A DNA stretch of 64,000 bases, from positions 531,710 to 595,709 of the forward strand of contig JAKAGM010000001.1 in the NCBI GenBank assembly GCA_021815445.1, read 5' to 3'. Shown here piece after piece: positions 44,540 to 55,336 of this stretch. Position 1 is the stretch's first letter. Every line of letters begins with the position of its first letter. Both the position numbers and the translations under genes were made by a program. The notes under the pieces were generated by a model. It ran no database searches, had not been told where the DNA came from, and saw only the letters and a program-made list of their open reading frames with translations. The DNA comes from a bacterium (lineage in GTDB: Bacteria; Patescibacteriota; Patescibacteriia; UBA10025).

Positions 44540-44964
44540 AAGGGTTGCCGATGATGGATACGGTCAAGATAGCTCTGGAGAATAATACGAGCTGACTCCT
44601 CATCATCCGGCATCCGTTTTTTCCCGGCTTCCCTTTGCAATATCTTCGCGAGGCCCGTGCTCATGCGTTCGTCTTCGAGAATTACGGGTAATTTGAGGTG
44701 ATCGCGGAGTTTTTCCGCGAGCGCTTCCACCTTCTTAGCAGCGTCTCCTTTTTCACCTTTGGCATTCAGAGGAAAACCGACAACGACAGAAATAATATTT
44801 TCTTGGAGGCACAGCGCCTTGAGATGCTCAACGAGCTTGTCGTCCGACTCGCGCCTCACCACTCCCCGGCCAAAAACGAATCCTGCGTCCTCCGAACTGA
44901 TCGCCAAACCCACTTTTGCGGCGCCGTAATCAACCCCCAATATTTTTCCTCGGATGGGCGTCAT
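44536..44964 (-). CDS. ruvX: Holliday junction resolvase-like RuvX/YqgF
   Basis: ILGVDYGAAKVGLAIS N-terminus. Confidence 0.85.
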   Translation of the reverse strand: MTPIRGKILGVDYGAAKVGLAISSEDAGFVFGRGVVRRESDDKLVEHLKALCLQENIISVVVGFPLNAKGEKGDAAKKVEALAEKLRDHLKLPVILEDERMSTGLAKILQREAGKKRMPDDEESARIILQSYLDRIHHRQPL

Positions 44965-45710
44965 GATCTGGTGAGAATTTCGTAGCCGCGCTCGGTGACA
45001 GCAATGGTATGCTCAAAATGCGCCGCGAGCGATCCGTCATCGGTAATCACTGTCCACTGGTCGTCGAGTGTCGAGACAGCATAATCCCCTACAGTAACCA
45101 TGGGTTCTATGGCAAGCGTCATCCCCGCCTTAAGTACTGCGCCTGTCCCCGCTTCACCGTAATTTGGCACCGGGGGGTCTTCGTGCACCTCTGTGCCGAC
45201 TCCGTGGCCGACAAGGCTGCGAACGACGCCGAATCCTTTTTTTTCCACGAATGACTGCACGGCGTTGCCGATATCTCCAAGTGTGGCCCCCGCCCGCACT
45301 TTCCGCAGGCCCCGTTCCAGCGCTTGCCTGGTGACTTCAATAAGTCTCCGGGCTGTCCTCGATACTTTTCCGACTCCGACGGTGACCGCCATGTCCGTGT
45401 AGAACCCTTTGTACAACACACCGAGATCGAGTCCGACTACGTCTCCGTCCCGTAATTTTTTTTCACGGGATGGAATCCCGTGGACTACTTCGTTATTTAT
45501 GGAGACACAAAGACTCGCGGGATATCCCTGGTATCCTTTGAACGCAGGAGTTCCTCCCCGGGCGACCAAAAGATCCTGCGCCATCCGATCCAACGAGAGC
45601 GTATCTGCGTCGGGAACAGCATGGCGCGCGACCTCATGGAGCACTTCGGCGAGGATTGCTCCGCCCTCGCGCATCGTGCGAATGTCCTCCTGAGATTTAA
45701 TGACGATCAT
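44961..45710 (-). CDS. map: Type I methionine aminopeptidase
   Basis: Metal ligands in conserved context (D-D-H-E-E pattern). Confidence 0.9.
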   Translation of the reverse strand: MIVIKSQEDIRTMREGGAILAEVLHEVARHAVPDADTLSLDRMAQDLLVARGGTPAFKGYQGYPASLCVSINNEVVHGIPSREKKLRDGDVVGLDLGVLYKGFYTDMAVTVGVGKVSRTARRLIEVTRQALERGLRKVRAGATLGDIGNAVQSFVEKKGFGVVRSLVGHGVGTEVHEDPPVPNYGEAGTGAVLKAGMTLAIEPMVTVGDYAVSTLDDQWTVITDDGSLAAHFEHTIAVTERGYEILTRS

Positions 45711-46368
45711 GCAAGTGTTTCTTGATTGATCTCCACACCGTGCCTATCGACGGCTCGCCGTCGACGGTCATGACTATTCCACGGTGTTTGTAGTATGAGA
45801 GTATCGGCTTTGTTTTCTTAAGATACTCCCGCAACCTTTTCTTGATCACCGGCGGAGTATCGTCCTTTCGCTGGATAACTTTACCGCCGCACTGCGGGCA
45901 GATAACGGCACGCCGCGGGATTGTGACGCCCGAAATCCATGGTGTCCTGCATTTCAAACAAATGCGCCTCAGCGAAAGTCTTCTGATGGTCGTCGACTGG
46001 CGTAGGGGGATATAGATAACATGCGTGAGTTCGCGGCCGGCCTTTTTGAGGAGACCGTCAAACGTGCGCGCTTGCGCAAGCGTCCTCGGATATCCGTCGA
46101 AAACGATGCCTTGCTTCCGGGGAACTTTTTGCATAGCCCCGGCAATCACTTGGATGACCATCTTGTCAGGAATCAACTTGCCCTCGACATTAATCAAGCG
46201 GTTAATTTTCCTGCCAAGCGTATTATGCTGGGCGGCAAAGTACCTGAACACGGCGCCGGTCTCTATGTGAGCGAGCTTATATTGTTTTGCGAGCAATTTG
46301 GCTTGTGTGCCCTTCCCCGAACCCTGCGGACCGAGGAGGACGACATGCATCGAGCGAGAACGATTCAT
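45697..46368 (-). CDS. adk: Adenylate kinase with zinc-binding lid
   Basis: GPQGSGKGTQ P-loop; CLKC ... CPQC lid. Confidence 0.9.
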   Translation of the reverse strand: MNRSRSMHVVLLGPQGSGKGTQAKLLAKQYKLAHIETGAVFRYFAAQHNTLGRKINRLINVEGKLIPDKMVIQVIAGAMQKVPRKQGIVFDGYPRTLAQARTFDGLLKKAGRELTHVIYIPLRQSTTIRRLSLRRICLKCRTPWISGVTIPRRAVICPQCGGKVIQRKDDTPPVIKKRLREYLKKTKPILSYYKHRGIVMTVDGEPSIGTVWRSIKKHLHDRH

Positions 46369-46488
46369 ATACTCAGTATACTTGAAAAGAAGCTATGATT
46401 CTACTTTTGTTCATCCCGCCTTATATGCCCACAAAAAAAGCCGTGTAATGATCGGCTTTCTCCCGTCGGAAATCTGCGGTGATGTTTA

Positions 46489-47766
46489 TTAGTAAAATCC
46501 TTCATAATCCCTCATGATCAGCTGGGATTCAACCTGTTTGACAGTTTCAATGACGACGCTGACGACAATGAGAAGACTCGTGCCTCCGATGACCAGATTC
46601 TGGGAACTCGTTGCTGACTGGAGCAAGTTGGGCAGGACCGCAATGATACCGAGAAAAAGCGCTCCGCCTAAAATGATGCGGTTAGAAATATAACTGAGAT
46701 AATGCGATGTCGGTTCCCCGGGACGTATGCCGGGAATAAACCCTCCCTGTTTCTGCAGGTTTTCAGCAAGCTGCTGCGGATGAAATACGACGGCGGTATA
46801 AAAATAGGTGAAAGCGACAACTAAGATAAAGTAGAGAGCGGCATAAAAAATTTGGTTTTTGAAAAGTAGAATAATCTCTGTCGCAAGCCGGGCTAACCAC
46901 GGAATGGAGGAATTGCTGAAAAATTGGGCAACAATAGGGGGAAAGACTACTATAGAAACCGCAAAAACTATAGGGATTACTCCCGCCTGATTAACTCTCA
47001 TGGGGAGGTGCGTGTCGACACCACCGTACATCCGGTTGCCCCGGATGCGTTTTGCATAAGATACGGGAATGTTGCGCTGGCCCTCGGTAATAAACACAAC
47101 CCCGGCAATAGTGATCGCGGCAATAGCGACAAAGATGACTATTGTGGGTAAATTACTCGGATCGTATGTCGCCAAAGTCTGCTGGATGGAGCTGGGAAGC
47201 CGGGCAACGATACCAGCGAAAATAATCAGCGATATGCCGTTGCCGATTTTCTTTTCTGAAATCAATTCCCCGAGCCACATGAGGAATATAGTCCCTGCCG
47301 TAATAGTTAGTATGGTAGTGGTGAGCTGCAGCGTCGTGAGATTGCCGATGATTCCCTGGCCGGATTTAGCGAAAAAAGTGATGAATCCGTAGGCGTTGAG
47401 CATCGCGAGAGGGACGGTAACGTAACGCGTGTACCGATTAATGCGCGCCTGCCCTGCCTCGCCTTCCTTCTGTATCTCCTCAAGCTTGGGAATAACCATC
47501 GTGAGAAGCTGGAAGATGATAGACGCCGTGATATACGGCCCGACGCCGAGCATGACGATTGAAAAATTTTGCATTCCGCCGCCCGTGAAGACATTGAGCA
47601 GTCCCAGCAATTGGTTTGATTGAAAAAAATTCCTGAGGTTCGCCGCATCGACTCCCGGGACCGGAATATGGGCGGACAGCCGGAAAACAATCAGCATTGC
47701 AAAAACAAACAGAATCTTATTCCGTAATTCCCGAATTTTCCAAATTTGGACGAATCGGTCAAGCAT
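46489..47766 (-). CDS. secY: Protein translocase subunit SecY
   Basis: 10 TM helices, SecY family pattern. Confidence 0.9.
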   Translation of the reverse strand: MLDRFVQIWKIRELRNKILFVFAMLIVFRLSAHIPVPGVDAANLRNFFQSNQLLGLLNVFTGGGMQNFSIVMLGVGPYITASIIFQLLTMVIPKLEEIQKEGEAGQARINRYTRYVTVPLAMLNAYGFITFFAKSGQGIIGNLTTLQLTTTILTITAGTIFLMWLGELISEKKIGNGISLIIFAGIVARLPSSIQQTLATYDPSNLPTIVIFVAIAAITIAGVVFITEGQRNIPVSYAKRIRGNRMYGGVDTHLPMRVNQAGVIPIVFAVSIVVFPPIVAQFFSNSSIPWLARLATEIILLFKNQIFYAALYFILVVAFTYFYTAVVFHPQQLAENLQKQGGFIPGIRPGEPTSHYLSYISNRIILGGALFLGIIAVLPNLLQSATSSQNLVIGGTSLLIVVSVVIETVKQVESQLIMRDYEGFY

Positions 47767-47772
47767 AGCAGG

Positions 47773-48219
47773 CTACTTCCTGTAAATGGTTTTACCCCCT
47801 GCTTTGATGATAGCAGAATCGGCTCCCTGGGAAAAATGATCCGCGACGACAGTAAGTTTCTTCGTCAGCTTTCCCGATCCGAGAATTTTGATTCTCACAC
47901 GGGGAGTAACCGTGAGTTTTTTTTCAAAAAGCTTTTGAACCGTCACCCGATCTCCCGTTGAGAAATGTGCGTTGAGCACGGAAAGATTTATTACGGTTGG
48001 TTTCATGAAGTGACTTTTAAATCCCCTGCTTTTGGGGAGCTGCTGGAGGAACTGCTTTAAGCCTCGCCGTTTCAGTCCCCGTCTGCCTCCGGTGCGCGCT
48101 TTCTGGCCTTTTTGTCCCCTGCCCGAATACGTCCCGTGGCCGGAAGCATTTCCGCGGCCGATGGGGCGGCGGCGCTTTCTTCCTCTTGGCGCTGAAAGTT
48201 GGTGAAGGGTCAGGGTCAT
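47773..48219 (-). CDS. rplO: 50S ribosomal protein L15
   Basis: Gly/Arg-rich N-terminus GRGNASGHGTYSGRG. Confidence 0.9.
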   Translation of the reverse strand: MTLTLHQLSAPRGRKRRRPIGRGNASGHGTYSGRGQKGQKARTGGRRGLKRRGLKQFLQQLPKSRGFKSHFMKPTVINLSVLNAHFSTGDRVTVQKLFEKKLTVTPRVRIKILGSGKLTKKLTVVADHFSQGADSAIIKAGGKTIYRK

Positions 48220-48746
48220 ACTTTTGATGCTGATGAATGAAATTGTCTCAGTGTCGCCTGGTCCTTAAGCTGCTTCAGCGCCAGCACGGTAGCCTGGACA
48301 TTATTAATCTTGCTTTTTGATCCCAACATCTTGCTGACGATATTTTTTATACCCGCGAGCTCCACCATCGAGCGGATTGCGCCGCCGGCGATGACCCCCG
48401 AGCCTTTTGGCGCTGGGCGCAGAAGGACGTGAGCGGCTCCAAATTTCTGCCGAACAATATGGGGTATGCTGTCGTTAACTATGGTGACAGTGACTAGGTG
48501 CTTTTTTGCCTTACTGACGGCTTTTGTGATCGCCGCTGAAACATCGGCGCCCTTCGCGATGCCGATGCCTATCTTCCCTTTGTGATTGCCTATGGCAACG
48601 CAGGCCCGGAATCGCATGCGCTTGCCGCCCGCCATGACGCGGGTAACGCGCGCAATATCAATAATCCTTTGGTCGAATTCTTTCTTTTCCTCGCGATAAC
48701 CGCCCTGATTTCTTTGTCGAGATCCTCTCTGTTTCATAGTAGACAT
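48216..48746 (-). CDS. rpsE: 30S ribosomal protein S5
   Basis: S5 dsRBD and C-terminal domain; directly abuts rplO with no L30 gene between. Confidence 0.9.
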   Translation of the reverse strand: MSTMKQRGSRQRNQGGYREEKKEFDQRIIDIARVTRVMAGGKRMRFRACVAIGNHKGKIGIGIAKGADVSAAITKAVSKAKKHLVTVTIVNDSIPHIVRQKFGAAHVLLRPAPKGSGVIAGGAIRSMVELAGIKNIVSKMLGSKSKINNVQATVLALKQLKDQATLRQFHSSASKV

Positions 48747-48754
48747 TAATTGCG

Positions 48755-49111
48755 CTAAAACTTTAAACCGGCATGGCGGGCAGCTTCTGCAAAAGCTGCT
48801 ATCCTGCCGTGGTACAGATACGGCCCACGGTCAAAAACAACCCGTGAAAATCCTGCAGCAACAGCCTTTTTCCCGAACAGTTCTCCCAGTTTCTGCGCAC
48901 GTTCTGTTTTAGTCCCTTTTGCTTTCTGGAGATCTTTCTCTGACGCTGAAACGAGCGTCTTTCCTGCATCATCGTCAATCAGTTGTGCGGAGATATGCTG
49001 AAGACTGCGGAAGACATGAAGTCTTGGCTTCGTACGATCCCCTTTCACTTGTGCGCGAACACGGAGTGCGCGCGCGTTGTGTAACCTTCTTTTGTGTATA
49101 ATCCCGTTCAT
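48755..49111 (-). CDS. rplR: 50S ribosomal protein L18
   Basis: C-terminal FDRGPYLYHGR motif. Confidence 0.9.
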   Translation of the reverse strand: MNGIIHKRRLHNARALRVRAQVKGDRTKPRLHVFRSLQHISAQLIDDDAGKTLVSASEKDLQKAKGTKTERAQKLGELFGKKAVAAGFSRVVFDRGPYLYHGRIAAFAEAARHAGLKF

Positions 49112-49117
49112 ATTCGT

Positions 49118-49669
49118 TTATGATGCGCCTGCGGCTTTTACAACCTTTCCGGCCTTACGACGGATCACTTCGTCAGAATATTTTATTCCTTTACCTTTGT
49201 ACGGTTCGGGTACTTTCAATGCCCGTATCTCTGCCGCAGTCTCACCCACCACTTGTTTGTTTATTCCGCTCAGTACCACCACATTCTTTTCTACCTTGGC
49301 TGCTACTCCTTGGGGAAGCGGGAAGTTTACCGGATGGGAGAAACCGAGATTAAGAACCAGTGTGGTGCCTTGCACGGCAGCCTTGAATCCGATACCGTTG
49401 ATTTCGAGCTTCTTCTCGAACCCTTTCGACACTCCTTCCACCATATTGGCTGTCAGAGCGCGGAAAAGCCCCCAAAGTGCACGTTCCTTCTTGTCGTCTT
49501 TGTTTTTTACACTGATAACTGCCGCTCCTTTTTCTACGGCGCACTGAACATTGGCCGGCACCGGCTGTGTAAGCGTGCCCTTGGGACCCTTGACGGAGAT
49601 CTGTGAATTCTGAAAAGTCACCGTCACGCCGTCTGGAATTTGAATTGGCTGTTTGCCGATGCGCGACAT
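49118..49669 (-). CDS. rplF: 50S ribosomal protein L6
   Basis: MSRIGKQPIQIP start, two L6 repeats. Confidence 0.9.
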   Translation of the reverse strand: MSRIGKQPIQIPDGVTVTFQNSQISVKGPKGTLTQPVPANVQCAVEKGAAVISVKNKDDKKERALWGLFRALTANMVEGVSKGFEKKLEINGIGFKAAVQGTTLVLNLGFSHPVNFPLPQGVAAKVEKNVVVLSGINKQVVGETAAEIRALKVPEPYKGKGIKYSDEVIRRKAGKVVKAAGAS

Positions 49670-49672
49670 AGA

Positions 49673-50068
49673 TTAATATATCTCACAGATAATTTCGCCT
49701 CCGACCTTCTTTTTCTTTGCTTCACGGTGGGTCATAATCCCCTGAGAGGTGGAAAGAATAGCGACTCCAAGCTCAGGAGTCCACATGGGAAGGTCCTGGT
49801 AGCCGTTATACACCCTCCTGCCCGGCTTGCTGATGCGTTTCACTCCGCGAATTACTGGTTCGCCTTTCACATATTTTAATCCGAGGGCCAGAACGTTGCC
49901 GTGTTCCGTATTTTTTTCTTCAATACCAGAAAGATACCCTTCTTTTTCCAATATTTTTGCGATGGCAAGCTTCAGCTTCGAGAATGGGATAATGGCCTGG
50001 TCTTTGCGCACCAAACTCGCATTGCGGATTCGCGTAATCATGTCTGCTATGGGGTCTGTAGATTGCAT
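49673..50068 (-). CDS. rpsH: 30S ribosomal protein S8
   Basis: DPIADMITRIRNA motif. Confidence 0.9.
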   Translation of the reverse strand: MQSTDPIADMITRIRNASLVRKDQAIIPFSKLKLAIAKILEKEGYLSGIEEKNTEHGNVLALGLKYVKGEPVIRGVKRISKPGRRVYNGYQDLPMWTPELGVAILSTSQGIMTHREAKKKKVGGEIICEIY

Positions 50069-50082
50069 AAAGGTGTATTTAT

Positions 50083-50268
50083 CTACCAGCTTGATTTGGT
50101 AATGCCGGGAATTTGTCCGTTATTCGCCAGTTCTCGGAAACAGATCCTGCATAAGCGGAACTTACGTATATATCCCCGCCGTCTGCCGCATCTGAAACAA
50201 CGCCGGACTGTGCGGGTCGAGTACTTAGGTTTTTTCTTAGCTCTGGCTATTTGGGAGGTTTTTGGCAT
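50083..50268 (-). CDS. rpsZ: 30S ribosomal protein S14 type Z (zinc-binding)
   Basis: 61 aa with CxxC ... CxxC. Confidence 0.9.
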   Translation of the reverse strand: MPKTSQIARAKKKPKYSTRTVRRCFRCGRRRGYIRKFRLCRICFRELANNGQIPGITKSSW

Positions 50269-50286
50269 AAAAGAAAATAGAAAATG

Positions 50287-50835
50287 CTACTCCGGCCGGC
50301 TAAAAGGAATGCCGAGAAGTTGCAAAAGATACATGCCTTCATCGCGAGTCTTGGCTGTCGTACTGATGGTTACCTGGAGACCATGCGTGAAGTCTACATT
50401 GTCCTGCCCTATCTCGGGAAAAATCCCCTGCTCGCGGATCCCGACTGATAAATTCCCGCGCATGTCGACGCTTTGAGGAGAAATACCGCGAAAATCCCTG
50501 ATACGAGGCATAACGATGCGAACCAGCTTCTCGACAAAATCGTACATGCGTTTCCCCCGCATCGTCGCCATCATCCCCACAATCATGCCTTCCCTGATTT
50601 TAAAGCTTGATATCGATTTTTTTGCCGCGCGATTCACAATATGCTGTCCTGTAATAAGTTCGAGGTTATGCCTGATTTTTTCAAGGATTTTATCATCTTT
50701 GCCAATCTTCCCCACGCCCGCATTGACAACGACTTTTTCAAGCCGGGGCACCTCCAGCGCATTGGCGTATCCGAAACGCTTCTTCATTTCGGGTATAACA
50801 ACTTTTTTATAATGGTCCACTAAAGCTGGTTTCAT
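50287..50835 (-). CDS. rplE: 50S ribosomal protein L5
   Basis: L5 family pattern. Confidence 0.9.
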   Translation of the reverse strand: MKPALVDHYKKVVIPEMKKRFGYANALEVPRLEKVVVNAGVGKIGKDDKILEKIRHNLELITGQHIVNRAAKKSISSFKIREGMIVGMMATMRGKRMYDFVEKLVRIVMPRIRDFRGISPQSVDMRGNLSVGIREQGIFPEIGQDNVDFTHGLQVTISTTAKTRDEGMYLLQLLGIPFSRPE

Positions 50836-51152
50836 GAGATTGCTTGCTTACATTTTTTACATACCCGAGTTTTTTTCCCGTCGCGTTGCATCAGGTATCC
50901 TGCGCGTCGTCCACGACCGCAATGCGAGCAGTAGAGGAGAACATTCGAAATGTCCATGGGAGCGTTATAGCGTATGATCTGCCCCTTTTCCCCCTGCCGG
51001 CGCGGACGCACGTTCTTTGCGAGGAGATTAAGCCCCTCGACGACGATCTTGCCGCTCTTGGGCATGATCTGTAATGCTTTCGCACGCTTGCCCTTGTCCT
51101 TGCCTGCGATAACGCTTACCATATCTCCTTTTTTTATGAGCATCTGTGTCAT
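50832..51152 (-). CDS. rplX: 50S ribosomal protein L24 (unusual Cys4 C-terminal region)
   Basis: KOW motif [16 protein letters not shown]; C-terminus carries CSHC ... CKKC. Confidence 0.85.
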   Translation of the reverse strand: MTQMLIKKGDMVSVIAGKDKGKRAKALQIMPKSGKIVVEGLNLLAKNVRPRRQGEKGQIIRYNAPMDISNVLLYCSHCGRGRRAGYLMQRDGKKTRVCKKCKQAIS

Positions 51153-51520
51153 AAGACTTCTGGTGCAAGCGAAATAATCTTTATGTAGCCCCTTGCGCGC
51201 AGTTCGCGGGGTATCGGGCCGAAAATTCTAGTCCCCCGGGGTTCTTTTGTTTTTCTGTCGATGATAACTCCCGCATTATCATCGAATCTGATATAAGAAC
51301 CGTCTGTACGACGAATTTCCTTGCGCTGGCGGACAATGACGACATGCACAATGTCGCTCTTTTTTACCGCGCTGTGCGGCACTGCTTCTTTAACAGTCAC
51401 TGTTACGATGTCACCGATACGTGCATACCGGCGTTGATATCCGTTAAGAACTTTAATCACTCTGAGGCGTTTTGCGCCCGTATTATCTGCAACAGATAAT
51501 GCTGTGCCAAGTTGAATCAT
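51149..51520 (-). CDS. rplN: 50S ribosomal protein L14
   Basis: [17 protein letters not shown] start. Confidence 0.9.
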   Translation of the reverse strand: MIQLGTALSVADNTGAKRLRVIKVLNGYQRRYARIGDIVTVTVKEAVPHSAVKKSDIVHVVIVRQRKEIRRTDGSYIRFDDNAGVIIDRKTKEPRGTRIFGPIPRELRARGYIKIISLAPEVL

Positions 51521-51524
51521 AGGA

Positions 51525-51782
51525 TTAAGCTTGCGGGTAGATTACCATCCAGCGTTTGCGGCGCGAAAACGGCCGACAGGCGTGAAAAGAAACTGCGTCT
51601 CCGACATGAAACCTGTTTTGCGGATCATGAACAAAATATTTTTTTGTCCGGGTATACCGTTTCCTATAACGAGGATGGAGGACTGTCCGCTTGACGATGA
51701 CGGCGATTGTCTTATCCATCGCATCAGAAGTAACTATTCCCTGGAGTGTGCGGATATTCTTTTTTTCTTGCGTAAGGGTCAT
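51525..51782 (-). CDS. rpsQ: 30S ribosomal protein S17
   Basis: S17 OB-fold pattern. Confidence 0.9.
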   Translation of the reverse strand: MTLTQEKKNIRTLQGIVTSDAMDKTIAVIVKRTVLHPRYRKRYTRTKKYFVHDPQNRFHVGDAVSFHACRPFSRRKRWMVIYPQA

Positions 51783-51787
51783 AATGG

Positions 51788-52006
51788 TTATTGCTTCGCA
51801 GATTCACGTTTTTTTAATAATGTTTTTTTGGTATTGAGAATAGTATGTATCTGCGCGATTTCCTTCCGCAGCGCGCGAATTTCTCGCACATCCTTAAGCT
51901 GTTTCGCCACAACCCTGAAACGGGCATCGCGGAGTTTCTCGCGTAATTGCGCAAGTAATTTCGTTAACTCTGTTGAATGTTTTACCCTGAGTTCTTTGAG
52001 TTCCAT
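51788..52006 (-). CDS. rpmC: 50S ribosomal protein L29
   Basis: 72 aa helical, L29 pattern. Confidence 0.85.
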   Translation of the reverse strand: MELKELRVKHSTELTKLLAQLREKLRDARFRVVAKQLKDVREIRALRKEIAQIHTILNTKKTLLKKRESAKQ

Positions 52007-52013
52007 AGTGGAC

Positions 52014-52427
52014 CTAGGAAGTCTTTTTTTCTACAAATGTCGTGATGACGGGAAGTTTGTGCGCGGCCAATTTCATCGCTTCAGCGGCTATCTCACGGGA
52101 TACGCCGTCCATCTCAAAGAGGATAGTTCCCGCCTTGACGACTGCGACATAATGATCGACGGGGCCTTTACCGCCGCCCATGCGAATTTCAGAGCCTTTG
52201 ATCGTAATAGGTTTGTCGGGAAAAATTCTGATCCAGATTTTCCCTCCCCGTTGGATATACCTCGTCATCGCCCTTCGTGCGGCTTCGATTTGGCGTGACG
52301 TAACCCAGCTCTTTTCCATCGCACGCAATCCGAAACTTCCGAAACTTAGATGAATTTTTTGAGTAGCTTTCCCCCGGATACTCCCCCGCTGCCATTTCCT
52401 GTATTTAACTTTTTTCGGCATTAACAT
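52014..52427 (-). CDS. rplP: 50S ribosomal protein L16
   Basis: [15 protein letters not shown] start. Confidence 0.9.
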   Translation of the reverse strand: MLMPKKVKYRKWQRGSIRGKATQKIHLSFGSFGLRAMEKSWVTSRQIEAARRAMTRYIQRGGKIWIRIFPDKPITIKGSEIRMGGGKGPVDHYVAVVKAGTILFEMDGVSREIAAEAMKLAAHKLPVITTFVEKKTS

Positions 52428-52439
52428 AGGAGTTCCTAG

Positions 52440-53108
52440 CTATTGTTTGATTTCAGCGGGCGCTTCCTTCTGCGAGAAGACTTGGCCTTTGTATATCCAG
52501 ACTTTCACTCCGATAGACCCGTACGTAGTGTGGGCGGTACCGCGTCCATAATCGATGTCCGCACGAAGCGTGTGCAGCGGCAAACTGCCCCAGGTAAGTT
52601 TTTCAGTTCGAGCAATTTCAGCGCCGCCGAGTCTCCCGGCTACAGATACTTTAATCCCTTTCGCACCGGCCTTTTGCGCCTGATCTACTGATTGTTTCAG
52701 CACCCGGCGAAACGGGACGCGTTGCTCAATCTGCTCGATCATGTTTTGGCAGACTATCTGGGAATGCAGTGCTGGTTGGGAAATTTCTTCAATACTGATG
52801 CGTAAATTGATTTTCTGTTTGTTGAGAAACTTTTTTGCAATTTCCTTGCGCAGTTCTTCGACGCCTACTCCGCCCCGGCCTATCACTACTCCTGGTTTTG
52901 AAGTGTGGATAGTGATAGTGAGACTCGATCCTGAACGCTCAATAGTAACATCAGCGACTCCGCCGTCTTTGAGTTTCTTAACGATGAAACGGCGGATACC
53001 GATATCCTCTTGGAGCAAAACGGAAAAGTTTTTCTTTGCGAACCAGCGGGATTTCCATGTCTGGGTAATGCCCATGCGAAATATTTTTGGATGTACTTTT
53101 TGTCCCAT
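52440..53108 (-). CDS. rpsC: 30S ribosomal protein S3
   Basis: MGQKVHPKIFRMG start, KH domain. Confidence 0.9.
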   Translation of the reverse strand: MGQKVHPKIFRMGITQTWKSRWFAKKNFSVLLQEDIGIRRFIVKKLKDGGVADVTIERSGSSLTITIHTSKPGVVIGRGGVGVEELRKEIAKKFLNKQKINLRISIEEISQPALHSQIVCQNMIEQIEQRVPFRRVLKQSVDQAQKAGAKGIKVSVAGRLGGAEIARTEKLTWGSLPLHTLRADIDYGRGTAHTTYGSIGVKVWIYKGQVFSQKEAPAEIKQ

Positions 53109-53117
53109 AAAGATATA

Positions 53118-53639
53118 TTATGATGTTCCCTGCCGAGGCACGATATGGTCGCCAAGCCGTTTCGTACGTGTTAAAACCTTTTTCTCAAGTTGGCGAGGTT
53201 TCTTCCCTTCCACTTTTGCGGGGTGATGCTCTTTAATATCCTTTTTTTTCATTACCGGTAGAGATGTTGTCTTAGCGCTCTCTTTCTTTGCGGTGTGTAC
53301 TGACGGATGTTTCTCGCTCAGCACTATAGTGACATGGCAGGAGTGTTTCTTGATGGGTGCGGCGGTGCCGAATGCGCGCGGCCTGAACCGTTTGAGCGAT
53401 GGTCCCTGATCCACCGTTATGGTTTTGATGTAGAGTTCCTCTTTCTTGAGTTTGTTGTTATTGACTGCATTAGCAGCCGCTGAATGTAATAATTTCATCA
53501 GAGGGTGCGCGGCTCGCTTTGATGAAAAGCGCAACTGGTTTTCCGCCGGCTCCACATCAAGCCCGCGGACAAGATTGGCCACTAGCCTGACCTTGCGATC
53601 TGACATCCGTAAGTAACTGAGTTTTGCGGTAACATCCAT
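53118..53639 (-). CDS. rplV: 50S ribosomal protein L22 (with basic C-terminal extension)
   Basis: L22 core plus about 60 aa Lys-rich tail. Confidence 0.85.
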   Translation of the reverse strand: MDVTAKLSYLRMSDRKVRLVANLVRGLDVEPAENQLRFSSKRAAHPLMKLLHSAAANAVNNNKLKKEELYIKTITVDQGPSLKRFRPRAFGTAAPIKKHSCHVTIVLSEKHPSVHTAKKESAKTTSLPVMKKKDIKEHHPAKVEGKKPRQLEKKVLTRTKRLGDHIVPRQGTS

Positions 53640-53645
53640 AGGTGG

Positions 53646-53999
53646 TTATTCCGGTTTTGCGGCCTTCTTCTCTGGAGCCGCTTTCTGCGCTTCAGTCGCC
53701 TGCTTTTCTGCCTCTGCAGCCGCTGCTTCAGCTTCACGCTGCATGCGCCCGCCGTGTCGCACGAATTTTCTCGTCAGGGAAAACTCTCCTAACTTATGAC
53801 CCACCATGTTCTCAACAACAGTGACAGGGATGTGTATTTTACCGTTGTGCACCCCAAAGGTGAATCCGATAAAATCAGGAATAATGACAGAATCGCGAGA
53901 CCACGTTTTAATGACAGTTTTGTCGCCAACGCGCAACCGCTTTACTTTTTCGAGCAACTTTGGATCGGTAAATGGGCCTTTTTTGAGACTGCGAGACAT
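53646..53999 (-). CDS. rpsS: 30S ribosomal protein S19 (with Ala/Glu/Lys-rich C-terminal tail)
   Basis: [10 protein letters not shown] start. Confidence 0.9.
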   Translation of the reverse strand: MSRSLKKGPFTDPKLLEKVKRLRVGDKTVIKTWSRDSVIIPDFIGFTFGVHNGKIHIPVTVVENMVGHKLGEFSLTRKFVRHGGRMQREAEAAAAEAEKQATEAQKAAPEKKAAKPE

Positions 54000-54014
54000 A
54001 GGATAATATTAAAA

Positions 54015-54851
54015 TTATTTCTTCCTGCGCTGAAGTATGAGCGCCGCGGAGTGCTTGTTGGCTCTTCGCGTTTTGACACCGAGCGCCGGTTTGCCCCAAG
54101 GGGTCTTAGGATGTTTCAAACCTATCGGGTTGTGCCCTTCCCCGCCGCCGTGCGGGTGGTCGACAGGATTCATCGCTTTACCGCGGACAGTCGGGCGGAT
54201 ACCCATGAGACGCTTGCGTCCTGCTTTGCCAAGTCTGATGTTGCTGTGATCGATATTGGACACCTGGCCTATAGTTGCCATGCACTGCCGCGAAACCTGC
54301 CGTATTTCCCCTGAAGGCAGTTTGATTTGGGCATATGCCCCCTCGACAGCCATCAACGTCGCCGATGACCCGGCCGATCTGACGATTTCGCCGCCTTTTC
54401 CGGGCCACAATTCGATATTGTGTATGCTTATTCCCGGGGGGATTTTCTCAAGCGGGAGCCTGTTGCCGACGCGAATCTCTGCCCGCTCGCGAGATGATAC
54501 CACCTGACTTCCAATTTGTAAATCAGTCGGTGCGAGAATATAGCGCCGTTCTCCGTCCGGATATTTCACCAACGCGATATGCGCCGAACGGTTTGGGTCG
54601 TATTCAATAGTTTGGACAACAGCGGGAACATCAAAGCGGTCAAGGATAAAGTCAATGGAGCGCAGGAATCTTTTCTGCTGACCGCCGCGGTGGCGCACGG
54701 TGATCTTGCCCTGTCCATTTCGGCCGGACGTCGTTGGCGCCGTCGAACGCAGAGATCGCGGGACGCGGCTCGGCTTCGTCAGATGGCTGGTGTCCACTAC
54801 CGACGCATGGCGCCTTCCGGGTGTTGTTGGTTTATAACTCTTGATAGCCAT
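54015..54851 (-). CDS. rplB: 50S ribosomal protein L2
   Basis: L2 signatures incl. GGGEGHNP-like C-terminus. Confidence 0.9.
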   Translation of the reverse strand: MAIKSYKPTTPGRRHASVVDTSHLTKPSRVPRSLRSTAPTTSGRNGQGKITVRHRGGQQKRFLRSIDFILDRFDVPAVVQTIEYDPNRSAHIALVKYPDGERRYILAPTDLQIGSQVVSSRERAEIRVGNRLPLEKIPPGISIHNIELWPGKGGEIVRSAGSSATLMAVEGAYAQIKLPSGEIRQVSRQCMATIGQVSNIDHSNIRLGKAGRKRLMGIRPTVRGKAMNPVDHPHGGGEGHNPIGLKHPKTPWGKPALGVKTRRANKHSAALILQRRKK

Positions 54852-54857
54852 AGCAGG

Positions 54858-55334
54858 TTAGACTCCTTCGTACAAATCAATTTTTTCCCCCTCTTTGAGC
54901 GTCACGACGGCTTTTTTCCAATCGTTGGTGACACCCTCAACTTTTCCGAATCTGACCTTTTTTCCTGAAACATTGACCATATTCACATAAATAGGATGGA
55001 CGCCGTACACGTTCGAAACGGCTTCAGCTACTTGGGCCTTGTTCGCGTGGAGCGCGACGGCAAACGTATACTGTCTGTCAGCCGCCTGCATGGACGCTTT
55101 TTCTGTTATCACGACGTGCCGAAGTATTCGGTAGGCGTCTTTTGTGTCCTCTTTTATTAAAACTTTCTTGGCCCGCGGCGCCTCTTTATCTTTTTTCTTT
55201 TCGTCGCGCGCATTTTTTGGGAGCGCTTCGCGACCCTTGCTGCCAGCTTTTTTGGCCTCTTCAACAACATTGCGAGGTTTTTTGTCCTTGCCAACGGATT
55301 CAAATCGCTTTTTAAACCGGTCAAATAATCCCAT
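54858..55334 (-). CDS. rplW: 50S ribosomal protein L23 (about 65 aa Lys-rich N-terminal extension)
   Basis: C-terminal 95 aa match L23; N-terminal extension unusual. Confidence 0.8.
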   Translation of the reverse strand: MGLFDRFKKRFESVGKDKKPRNVVEEAKKAGSKGREALPKNARDEKKKDKEAPRAKKVLIKEDTKDAYRILRHVVITEKASMQAADRQYTFAVALHANKAQVAEAVSNVYGVHPIYVNMVNVSGKKVRFGKVEGVTNDWKKAVVTLKEGEKIDLYEGV

Positions 55335-55336
55335 AG